Shown: piece by piece, positions 9,775-18,326 of the stretch
Layout: each line of letters begins with the position of its first letter
How positions within the stretch are numbered: the stretch's first letter is position 1
NCBI GenBank assembly: GCA_947176385.1
Contig: CAMWQN010000003.1
Coordinates: 3,230 to 67,229, forward strand
Reading direction: 5' to 3'
DNA: 64,000 nucleotides
DNA from: an uncultured Rickettsiales bacterium
GTDB taxonomy: Bacteria; Pseudomonadota; Alphaproteobacteria; Rs-D84
Translations under genes and position numbers: made by a program
The notes under the pieces: model-generated
Told to the model about the DNA's origin: nothing
What the model saw: only the letters and a program-made list of their open reading frames with translations
Database searches by the model: none

Positions 9775-9933
9775 GCGTTGATGAATTGTCAGCGTGAGGT
9801 GTGAATACCTCTTTGAATACAAACTTCTCCAACTTGGTTGGAGGGTTGTGAAATATAAAAATAAACAACACTATCGTATTCAATAGTATTCAACCTCCAA
9901 CCTCTGTATATCTTTACAGCGGTTTTATTTTTT
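9775..9933 (+). ncRNA. Candidate structured small RNA, paralog 1 of 3 (unclassified family)
   Basis: No ORF. Aligns along its full length with 25908-25752 (-) and 48061-48219 (+). Contains conserved hairpins with compensatory changes and ends in a hairpin plus TTTTATTTTTT. Confidence 0.6.
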
Positions 9934-9936
9934 ACT

Positions 9937-9998
9937 GGTTGGGGGTGCGGAATATATTGAATACGCACGGGCATTTGAGACTGTTATCAGCCCCAACC
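9937..9998 (+). repeat. GGGGGTG...CCCCAACC palindromic repeat element, copy 1
   Basis: GGTTGGGG/CCCCAACC outer stem and GTGCG/CGCAC inner stem. Nearly identical to 25686-25748 (-) and related to 50925-51000 and 59827-59940. Confidence 0.7.
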
Positions 9999-10013
9999 AC
10001 CATAAATGACATA

Positions 10014-10042
10014 CCCCCGCAAATAATACGGGGGCTTTTTTT
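10014..10042 (+). terminator. Intrinsic terminator (plus strand; may also serve pheT on the minus strand)
   Basis: CCCCCG-CAAATAATA-CGGGGG followed by C and seven Ts. Confidence 0.75.
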
Positions 10043-10062
10043 ATATTCAATTACAATGCAAC

Positions 10063-12366
10063 TTATTTATCACGGATTTTTGCATTGCACTTTTTTTCAA
10101 CATTCGCAATTACCGCATTTTGCACAGCCATGATGTCTGAATCAGACATATTTTCATGCGGGGTTATTGTTATTGTGAATGCAATTGATTTGTTCCCATC
10201 ATTCATATCAAATGCGTCAAATACAACAACATCTGATATACGGGCGTCCGCGGTACGCGCGGCGGCAACCAATGCAGCAGCAGGTGCGCCCCCATCCACA
10301 ATAAATGCAAAATCACGTGTAATTGGTTGGAAATCAGACAACGCATCATGACGCACGCGACGTGGTCCCGGCAGGTTATCTGTATTTTCAACAATCGCAA
10401 CATTTACAGTCGTTTTTATACGGTTCTGTTTCGCAATCATTGGGTGTAATTCACCAAATTCTGCGATGATTTTTTTACCCTGGACAATTTTTCCATAACG
10501 ATATGGATGCGCCCACAATGGCGGATTTGATGTATCCACAGTGAATTTTTGCCCATGCATCAATGATATCAGGTCAGCCTTGACATCATATATATCATAT
10601 GTGCGTGCGCGCGATGCCCAATGCTTTGGCGATGTGTTACCTGTGCGCACAATGCAGACCGATGTATGTTGGTCGCCGGGGGTTGAACCGGTAAAGACGG
10701 TTCCAACCTCAAACAAACATAAATCCGGATAGCCACGCTTTTCATTATCTGCAACAACCTGCAACATGTTACCCAGCAATGTTGGGCGGGCTGCATCTAA
10801 TTCAACCGTTATCGGATTTGCAATTTTTACAATCGGATTTGTTGTTAATGCTGATTCAATGGCAGAATTGGCGAATCCGAATGTTTTAACCTCATTCAAT
10901 CCGCGGGATGCCAATTCATTTTTTAACGTGCCAAAATAATCACAATGTGCAGCAGGTTCTGCGGTGCGATGTGACGCATTCTTTGCAATGTTATCATATC
11001 CATAAATACGCAACAATTCTGCCACAACATTTTCTGGGATTTCCATATCAACACGGGCTGGTCGTGGTGTAATATGCCACGCATCCCCATCGCGTTTTAC
11101 ATCATACCCCAGGTTCGACAAAATCTGATATTGCGTGTCAGCGTCCATATCAACACCCGTCTTTTTCAAGAATAAATCAGGCGTATATTTTATCGCTTCC
11201 CGTGGCGCAACACCATTACCCGCAACACCGGTGCCACATATTTTACCACCACATGATGACATGATAATATCTGCACACTTTGCCAATGCCGTGCCCGTTA
11301 TTGTCGGGTCAATACCGCGTTCATATCGATATGATGCGTCCGTCGATAGCCCTAAGCGTTTTGATGTCTTGCGAACAGACACCGGGTCAAAATATGCACT
11401 TTCCAATATTATATTTTTTGTGTTTTCAGTTGTCGCGCCACGTGCACCACCGATAACACCCGCCAATGCCAAGATACCCATATCATCTGCGATAACTATA
11501 TCAGTATCTTTTAATTCATGCGCATTGCCAAACAGGTCTGTGAACTGTTCACCACCAGTTGCCATGCGAATTGTAATGTTGCCATGAATCTGGTCTGCGT
11601 CAAAGCAATGCATTGGCTGTGCCATGTCATAACAAATATAGTTTGTTGCATCAATCGGTGCATTCTTGGGATTTATACCAATCGCGGTCAGGCGTGATTT
11701 TATTTTGTCCGTGCTTTGCGCGACCGTAATATCACAAATTTCTGCGAATCTGTATATCGGGCATTTGTCTGTTTTAACAATCGCCTGGCGTGTCGTTGTA
11801 ACTGGCGCGATTTCCGTGTCATTTGGCGCGATATATTCGCCCGCCCCACATGCCGCCAGGTCACGCGCAATACCACGTACCGCCAAATAATCCGGACGGT
11901 TTGGTGTAATGCCTGCTTCGAATACAGTCTGCGTATTTAATACAGGTGAACCGATTTTTGTGTCATCTGGCAATTCAATTATTCCACTGTGGTCATCACC
12001 GATACCCAGTTCCCGCGCACTGCACATCATGCCGTCTGACAACACACCACGCAGTTTACCGCTGTTGATTTCATGTCCATCAATAACACAGCCCGGCACA
12101 GCCAATGCAGACATCAGTCCCACACGTGCATTTGGCGCGCCACAGACAACCTGGCGTAACTTATCAGAACCGTCATTTACCTGTAATACATGCAAGTGGT
12201 CGCTGTTTTCATGCGCATCGCATTTTTCAATACGCGCCGCAATGGGGGATATTGGTGTGATGACATCATCAACCTCTAATCCGGTGCGGGTTAACAAATC
12301 TGCGATTTCTGTGGCAGATAAATCTGTTTTTAAATAATCCTTTAACCAATCATATGTCCATTTCAT
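10063..12366 (-). CDS. pheT: Phenylalanine--tRNA ligase beta subunit
   Basis: 767 aa with an N-terminal tRNA-binding domain, B3/4 and B5 domains and a C-terminal FDX-ACB domain. Lies directly downstream of pheS. Confidence 0.95.
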   Translation of the reverse strand: MKWTYDWLKDYLKTDLSATEIADLLTRTGLEVDDVITPISPIAARIEKCDAHENSDHLHVLQVNDGSDKLRQVVCGAPNARVGLMSALAVPGCVIDGHEINSGKLRGVLSDGMMCSARELGIGDDHSGIIELPDDTKIGSPVLNTQTVFEAGITPNRPDYLAVRGIARDLAACGAGEYIAPNDTEIAPVTTTRQAIVKTDKCPIYRFAEICDITVAQSTDKIKSRLTAIGINPKNAPIDATNYICYDMAQPMHCFDADQIHGNITIRMATGGEQFTDLFGNAHELKDTDIVIADDMGILALAGVIGGARGATTENTKNIILESAYFDPVSVRKTSKRLGLSTDASYRYERGIDPTITGTALAKCADIIMSSCGGKICGTGVAGNGVAPREAIKYTPDLFLKKTGVDMDADTQYQILSNLGYDVKRDGDAWHITPRPARVDMEIPENVVAELLRIYGYDNIAKNASHRTAEPAAHCDYFGTLKNELASRGLNEVKTFGFANSAIESALTTNPIVKIANPITVELDAARPTLLGNMLQVVADNEKRGYPDLCLFEVGTVFTGSTPGDQHTSVCIVRTGNTSPKHWASRARTYDIYDVKADLISLMHGQKFTVDTSNPPLWAHPYRYGKIVQGKKIIAEFGELHPMIAKQNRIKTTVNVAIVENTDNLPGPRRVRHDALSDFQPITRDFAFIVDGGAPAAALVAAARTADARISDVVVFDAFDMNDGNKSIAFTITITPHENMSDSDIMAVQNAVIANVEKKCNAKIRDK

Positions 12367-12381
12367 TTTATCTGCCCCTTA

Positions 12382-13335
12382 TTAACAACCGCTATTTTTC
12401 AACCAGCGCACATCGCCATTATAGAACGCACGAATATCGTTCAGACCATATTTCAACATTGCCAATCTGTCCCAACCGAATCCAAATGCAAATCCCTGAT
12501 AAACATCTGGGTCAATGCCACAATTACGCAGTACATTTGGATGCACCATACCGGCACCCATGATTTCCAGCCATTTTCCATCGCCCCATTTGATATCTAT
12601 TTCAATACTGGGTTCTGTAAATGGAAAGTATGACGGGCGAATACGCAAATCGACATTTTCAATTTCAAAGAATTTTTGCAAGAACACCTTTACATCACCA
12701 ATCAAATCCGACATTGTTATACCACGGGCGATATATAAACCTTCGATTTGGTGGAACATTGGACTGTGTGTTGCATCCATTTCTTTGCGATATGTTGCGC
12801 CTATACCGAACATCTTAATCGGCACACCGTCAGATTCCATCGCACGAACCTGGATTGCAGATGTTTGGGTACGCAGAACATTACCGTTTTCAAAAAAGAA
12901 TGTATCTTGCATATCACGCGCAGGGTGATGGGCAGGGGTATTTAATGCGGTAAAGTTATGCCAGTCATCTTCGATTTCCGGTCCTGTGTACATTTTATAT
13001 CCAAATGATTCCAGGATTTCGGATATTTCATTTAATGCACGTGTCTGGGGGTGCAATGTACCATGATTTTCAGGCATTGGATCCAGTGTTGCGTCCAACC
13101 GCTGCGATTGCAGTTGCGCCATCAATACAGCATTTTCAATTTCAGACTGGCGCGTTTTAAACAACTGACGTAATTCGACATTTTCTTTGTTTAATGCCGC
13201 ACGTGCGTCGTTATCCAAATCCTTCATTTGTTTCAGGCGGGCGGTCATTGTACCATTTTTTCCAAACACAGATGCGTACAGTGCCTGTAAATCTGCCAAG
13301 TTATCAATATTTTTAATCTGTTCCTGCATAGTCAT
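12382..13335 (-). CDS. pheS: Phenylalanine--tRNA ligase alpha subunit
   Basis: 317 aa with class II aaRS motifs (HPARDMQDTFF, FRCPNVDATHSPMFHQIEG-like region, GFAFGFGWDRLAML). Confidence 0.95.
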   Translation of the reverse strand: MTMQEQIKNIDNLADLQALYASVFGKNGTMTARLKQMKDLDNDARAALNKENVELRQLFKTRQSEIENAVLMAQLQSQRLDATLDPMPENHGTLHPQTRALNEISEILESFGYKMYTGPEIEDDWHNFTALNTPAHHPARDMQDTFFFENGNVLRTQTSAIQVRAMESDGVPIKMFGIGATYRKEMDATHSPMFHQIEGLYIARGITMSDLIGDVKVFLQKFFEIENVDLRIRPSYFPFTEPSIEIDIKWGDGKWLEIMGAGMVHPNVLRNCGIDPDVYQGFAFGFGWDRLAMLKYGLNDIRAFYNGDVRWLKNSGC

Positions 13336-13351
13336 TTTACCTTAATATAAA

Positions 13352-13371
13352 AAGCCGTCGGTCTGACGGCT
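13352..13371 (-). terminator. Hairpin plus U-tract between rplT and pheS (terminator or attenuator)
   Basis: Minus strand reads AAAAGCCGTCAGACCGACGGCTTTTTAT. It occupies the position of the pheST leader/attenuator in enterobacteria. Confidence 0.6.
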
Positions 13372-13406
13372 TTTATTATTACAAAACAAACAATTGCCGC
13401 CAAGGG

Positions 13407-13775
13407 TTATTTCGCCGTGGTGCCAATAAATCGTTTTGCAGTGTCAACCAATGTGACAAAGTTTGCATCCGCATCGTATGCCATCTGTGCCAAGACCTTG
13501 CGATCCAGGTTAACACCAGCCTTTTTCAGTCCATTCATGAACTGGCTGTATGTGATACCGTGTGGACGGACAGCAGCGTTGATACGAACAATCCACAAAC
13601 CGCGGAATTCACGTTTTTTAACGCGACGGTCGCGATATGCATACTGACCCGCTTTTTCTGTTTTTTCACGTGCTGCACGGTATGTTGTGCTGTGACGACC
13701 CAGATAACCTTTTGCGCGGGCTAAAATTTTATTATGTTTCTGTTTTACGGTTGTTCCGCGTTTTACTCTTGCCAT
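13407..13775 (-). CDS. rplT: 50S ribosomal protein L20
   Basis: 122 aa, [18 protein letters not shown]..., the typical L20 N-terminus. Confidence 0.95.
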   Translation of the reverse strand: MARVKRGTTVKQKHNKILARAKGYLGRHSTTYRAAREKTEKAGQYAYRDRRVKKREFRGLWIVRINAAVRPHGITYSQFMNGLKKAGVNLDRKVLAQMAYDADANFVTLVDTAKRFIGTTAK

Positions 13776-13791
13776 GATACGACCCCCTTAC

Positions 13792-13995
13792 TTATTTCAG
13801 TCCATATGGCGCCAAGATTTTCGCCTGACCGACCATGTTTTCATTCAAATACTGTGGCTTAGAACCTGCATTGTTTGCACGTGCAGACTTCTTACGCAGC
13901 AGTTTTTTGTGGGCGTTTCTGGCAACACGGATTTTGCCGGTTGCAGTCATTGATGCGCGCTTTTTCAAGTACGACTTTGTTTTTAATTTTGGCAA
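13792..13995 (-). CDS. rpmI: 50S ribosomal protein L35 (TTG start)
   Basis: PKLKTKSYLKKR... is the canonical L35 N-terminus. A TTG at 13995-13993 lies 5 nt after the RBS AAGAGGTG. The upstream extension in the ORF track is not credible. Confidence 0.85.
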   Translation of the reverse strand: MPKLKTKSYLKKRASMTATGKIRVARNAHKKLLRKKSARANNAGSKPQYLNENMVGQAKILAPYGLK

Positions 13996-14134
13996 TTTTT
14001 CACCTCTTATTTTATCCTGATGGCAGCCAATTGCCATTTCGGAACATCTTGTATGCGCGTATATTCTGGCAGATTTAAATGAAAAATCAAGTTTTTATTG
14101 AATATCACCTTTTTTACGGTTAAACTGGTGCCCG

Positions 14135-14956
14135 ATGAACCAGAATAAATTATCTTCCAGGATTACTACGTTGATAAAATCCGCAATCGCTGCGGCGGTG
14201 CTGCCGGTATTGTTTATCTATATCATGATTGCAAAGCCTGATTATACAATTATGCGGGCAATGGGACATGTTGTTGTGCCGGTATTTTCTGTTATGGGTG
14301 ACATTATTACGTGGCCCGTGCGTGCGGTTGGAAATCTGGCTGAAAATATACATGAATTATCAACACTGCGTGATGAAAACGAAGAATTGCGGGCAAAACT
14401 GGATGCGGCATTGACCGACAAAAATATGTGCGACGTTGCAATCGCAGAAAATCAAAAACTGGCACGTGAATTGGACCTGGTACAAAGCCAACCATATGAA
14501 TCCGTTTTGGCAGATGTCCAATATGATAATCGTGCATTTGGTCACAGAACATTTTTAATAAATCGTGGTTCTGCCCGCGGTATTGAACCTGGGATGGCTG
14601 TTGTATCAACTGATGGTGTATTGGCAGGCATCGTTATCGATGCAGGTGTTAATTTTGCACGGGTGCGCGCATTAACAGACGCAGATACAAATATTGCTGT
14701 CCGCGTCGTCGGGTCCGAGGTTTATGGTTTCCTGACAGGGAACGGTACATCGACAGCAACAATGGGATTTTTCAGTGACCCACAGTTTCAACCGGACGCT
14801 GGCGTAAAACTGGTTACCAGTAATATCAGCGGTGTTTTACCGGGTGGTATTATTATTGGTACAATGACAAATGACAAAGATGTAAAGGTATTACACCCAG
14901 GTAAACTATCACGGGTTATGGTTTTAAAATTTGACGCAGTGGATAAATATAAATGA
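14135..14956 (+). CDS. mreC: Rod shape-determining protein MreC
   Basis: 273 aa with an N-terminal TM segment, a coiled coil and C-terminal beta domains (GLVGxV-like motifs). Followed by mreD-mrdA-rodA. Confidence 0.85.
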   Translation: MNQNKLSSRITTLIKSAIAAAVLPVLFIYIMIAKPDYTIMRAMGHVVVPVFSVMGDIITWPVRAVGNLAENIHELSTLRDENEELRAKLDAALTDKNMCDVAIAENQKLARELDLVQSQPYESVLADVQYDNRAFGHRTFLINRGSARGIEPGMAVVSTDGVLAGIVIDAGVNFARVRALTDADTNIAVRVVGSEVYGFLTGNGTSTATMGFFSDPQFQPDAGVKLVTSNISGVLPGGIIIGTMTNDKDVKVLHPGKLSRVMVLKFDAVDKYK

Positions 14957-15408
14957 TTGATAAGGTTATAAAATCTTTGCGTTTAATGTTTCCGTTTCTG
15001 TTGACAATCGCACTGTGGCGATTGTCGATGTCTTTTTGGAATCCTGGTGGGATTTTGGCATTGATTCCAATATTCTATTGCGTGTTTGTAAAGCAAACCC
15101 CGTGGTTTGGTATATTTGGTGCAGTGATGTGTTTCTTGATTGATTATAAATTTAATACAACCGGATTTTGGTTGGCACTTTATTGCCTGTTCTTTGCTGC
15201 AAACGGATTTCAGACATTGATTGACCTGGGACGCATGGACAGAAATGCAATTAACGCTTTTATGATATTTATCGGCATCGGTATTGTAATAACAATCTTT
15301 ACCGGATTTGGTTTTATAAATGTACTGCGTGGCATATGGATATTCACATTGATGACATTACTGTACATGCCAACAACACTATTGATTCAAAGGGTGCGCC
15401 ATGATTGA
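14953..15408 (+). CDS. mreD: Rod shape-determining protein MreD
   Basis: 151-aa polytopic membrane protein. ATGA overlap with mreC, and its 3' end overlaps the mrdA start. Confidence 0.7.
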   Translation: MIDKVIKSLRLMFPFLLTIALWRLSMSFWNPGGILALIPIFYCVFVKQTPWFGIFGAVMCFLIDYKFNTTGFWLALYCLFFAANGFQTLIDLGRMDRNAINAFMIFIGIGIVITIFTGFGFINVLRGIWIFTLMTLLYMPTTLLIQRVRHD

Positions 15409-17176
15409 TACCGAGGTTGGACGTACATTTGACAGACGTGCCGCGTTATTTTTAACAGGCGGTACTGTTTTGACATCATTTTTGGTACTGCGTATGTTAC
15501 AGATGCAGGTTTTTAATTATCATGAATACCTGCGAAAAAGTGAGAATAATTCATTTCGTATTCAATTAAATATGCCGGAACGTGGAAAAATATTGTCTGC
15601 AGCTGGCATGCCGATTTCACGTGACGTACCAATATACAGAATTTATGTTATTCCCGAAGAAAGCGATGATGTAAACGGTTTGATAAAAATTGTGGCGCGT
15701 GACCTGAACCTGGGTCAAAAAAAGGTTTCACGTATTCTAAAAAAAATACGCAAGCAGCCAAAATTTCAACCAACATTAATCAGCCAGAATACAGATTGGG
15801 AAACACTGGCAAAATTACAGGCAAAAAATTTACCAGGCTTGCGCGTTGCCAGTGGATTTGCACGTCAATATGAAATGGGACCAGCAGGCGCACATGTATT
15901 CGGATATGTTGGCGCGCCAGATAATCCGGTACCATCTGCACCATTTTATACAACTGGTGTTACGGGACTTGAAAAAAGGTTTAATGATGTTATGTCTGGT
16001 ACCCCTGGTCAAACAGTTATGATAACAAATGCCGTTGGACGTATAACCGGCGAAGATACATCTCAATTTATCGCCCCAGTCATGGGTGATGATGTTGTAA
16101 CGACAATAAATGATGATGCCCAACGTGCATTATATGACGCATTAACATTGCACAGATCTGGTTGCGGTGTTGCACTAAATATTGAAACCGGCGACATTCT
16201 GGCGATGGTATCAACCCCCAGTTTTGATCCAAATGTATTTAACGAAGATGATGCGGATGAATATATTGCAACCCTGCGTCAGGATTTCGCAAAACCTTTT
16301 ATGAACAAAACCATCGAAGGTTTATATCCACCAGGTTCAACATTTAAAATCGTTGTTGCATTGGCTGGACTGGAATCTGGTGCCATTTCACCGACAGAAA
16401 AAGTATTCTGCCCGGGACATTGGGAATATGGTGACCGTAAATTCCATTGTTGGGAAGCCAAAGGTCATGGTTGGGTTGACCTGGCGGGTGCATTAAAGCA
16501 TTCTTGCGACATATACTTTTATCAAATGGCATTGCGTATTGGAATTGATGCGATTAAGTCTATGGCGCAGCGCCTGGGATTGGCACAGACATATATGGAT
16601 GATATATTAAGTCGCGAAATGAAAGGTGTTATCCCAGACCGTGAATGGAAAGAAAAAAATGTTGGGTCCCGTTGGGTACATGGTGATACCGTTATATCTG
16701 GTATCGGTCAGGGATTTATTCTGACAAATTGTCTGCAACTGGCGGTCATGATATCGCGTGCGGTATCAAATCGTCAGGTTGTGCCACGTATAATGAAGTC
16801 TGATACAAAACCTGTATTTGCGTCACTGGGATTGCAAGAAAAAAATATGCGTGCTGTAATGCGTGGCTTGGAACAGGTAACCCAACCAGGTGGAACTGCC
16901 AGTGGCAGTGCAGTAAATGTCAAAGGCAAAAAAATGGGTGGTAAAACCGGCACATCCCAGGTTCGCAGTATTTCAAAAGCCGAACGCTTGCGTGGCGTAT
17001 TAACAAATGAACAATTGCAATGGAATATGCGCAACCACGGATTATTTGTTGGATATGCACCGTTGGATAAGCCAAAATATGCTGTATGTGTTGTGACAGA
17101 ACATTCAGGGGGATCTGGTTCTGCAGCACGCAGTGCGGCAGCAACCATGCGTGTATTACTGCGGGGGGATTCGTAA
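15401..17176 (+). CDS. mrdA: Penicillin-binding protein 2 (elongasome transpeptidase)
   Basis: 591 aa with an STFK active-site motif (PPGSTFKIV), a KTGT motif (GGKTGTSQV) and an N-terminal TM anchor. Confidence 0.9.
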   Translation: MIDTEVGRTFDRRAALFLTGGTVLTSFLVLRMLQMQVFNYHEYLRKSENNSFRIQLNMPERGKILSAAGMPISRDVPIYRIYVIPEESDDVNGLIKIVARDLNLGQKKVSRILKKIRKQPKFQPTLISQNTDWETLAKLQAKNLPGLRVASGFARQYEMGPAGAHVFGYVGAPDNPVPSAPFYTTGVTGLEKRFNDVMSGTPGQTVMITNAVGRITGEDTSQFIAPVMGDDVVTTINDDAQRALYDALTLHRSGCGVALNIETGDILAMVSTPSFDPNVFNEDDADEYIATLRQDFAKPFMNKTIEGLYPPGSTFKIVVALAGLESGAISPTEKVFCPGHWEYGDRKFHCWEAKGHGWVDLAGALKHSCDIYFYQMALRIGIDAIKSMAQRLGLAQTYMDDILSREMKGVIPDREWKEKNVGSRWVHGDTVISGIGQGFILTNCLQLAVMISRAVSNRQVVPRIMKSDTKPVFASLGLQEKNMRAVMRGLEQVTQPGGTASGSAVNVKGKKMGGKTGTSQVRSISKAERLRGVLTNEQLQWNMRNHGLFVGYAPLDKPKYAVCVVTEHSGGSGSAARSAAATMRVLLRGDS

Positions 17177-17177
17177 A

Positions 17178-18323
17178 ATGGCACGACAGACACGCGTTTC
17201 AAATGCTGATATGATGCGGTTATCTGAAAAGTTTTCACGCTTTTCATGGGCAATGTTTATACCAATGTGTATCGTTTTAGCGATATCTATACTGGTTCTG
17301 TATTCCGCAGGTGGTGGCGCATGGCGCCCATTTGCATTATCACAATTGGTAAAAATTGTATTGGGGTTTGGTGTATTCTTTGTCGCGGCATTTACAAATA
17401 TAAAAACATGGGTAAAATCTGCATATGTGTTTTATGCCATCGCCCTGGTTATGATTGTAATGGTGACTTTTTTTGGTCACACGGGAATGGGCGCGCAACG
17501 TTGGCTGAACTTGGGGATTATACATATTCAACCATCTGAACTGATAAAAATTGCGCTGGTTATGGCATTGGGGCGATACTTTGCATGGTTAAATTCAGTC
17601 GAATTATCACAAATGAAAAACTATATTGTCCCGGCATGCATGTTATTGGTGCCGTTTATGCTGATTGTTATTCAGCCTGATTTGGGGACGGCACTATCCC
17701 TGGGAATGATTACAGTTGGCATGTTCTATATCGTTGGCGCACAAAAGAAATGGTTTATTATCGCGATTATCCTGGGTCTGATGTCTGCACCTATTGTGTG
17801 GTATGGTGGGTTGCATGATTATCAACGTGGACGCATTATAACATTTATAAATCCAGATCACGATGCCCAGGGTGCAGGTTATCAAATCAACCAGGCAAAA
17901 ATAGCATTTGGTTCGGGTGGTATCCTGGGCAAAGGATATATGAAAGGTTCACAATCCCAGCAATCATTTTTGCCAGAAAAGCAAACAGACTTTATATTCA
18001 CAATGCTGGGCGAAGAAATGGGATTTTTCGGGGCGTTTGGTTTACTTGCCCTCTACAGTTGGATAATTATTATCCTGTTCTGGTGCGCGAAAACATGCCG
18101 TAATCGGTTTGGGCAACTGGTCTGTTTTGGTTTTATGTTGAACTTTTTTATTTATTACTTTATAAATATTTCTATGGTCTTGGGATTGATGCCGACGGTC
18201 GGTGTACCATTACCGTTGATGTCATTTGGTGGCAGCAGTCTGTTGTCACTGATGTTCGGATTTGGTCTGTGTCAGAACGCACATATTCACAAAGACCAAC
18301 AATTATCTGCCAAAGGAAGTTGA
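17178..18323 (+). CDS. rodA: Peptidoglycan glycosyltransferase RodA (SEDS family)
   Basis: FtsW/RodA/SpoVE-type polytopic protein. ATG 17178 directly follows the mrdA stop. Contains the conserved region PEKQTDFIFTMLGEEMGF. Confidence 0.9.
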   Translation: MARQTRVSNADMMRLSEKFSRFSWAMFIPMCIVLAISILVLYSAGGGAWRPFALSQLVKIVLGFGVFFVAAFTNIKTWVKSAYVFYAIALVMIVMVTFFGHTGMGAQRWLNLGIIHIQPSELIKIALVMALGRYFAWLNSVELSQMKNYIVPACMLLVPFMLIVIQPDLGTALSLGMITVGMFYIVGAQKKWFIIAIILGLMSAPIVWYGGLHDYQRGRIITFINPDHDAQGAGYQINQAKIAFGSGGILGKGYMKGSQSQQSFLPEKQTDFIFTMLGEEMGFFGAFGLLALYSWIIIILFWCAKTCRNRFGQLVCFGFMLNFFIYYFINISMVLGLMPTVGVPLPLMSFGGSSLLSLMFGFGLCQNAHIHKDQQLSAKGS

Positions 18324-18326
18324 AAG

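Noticed and set aside
9782-9800. A CUGAUGA-like box in the first hairpin of the structured RNAs, considered as a hammerhead ribozyme core.
   Set aside because: Copy 1 reads TTGATGA. The box lies within a simple 6-7-bp hairpin, and I could not assemble the GAAA element, three-helix junction and cleavage-site context in any copy.
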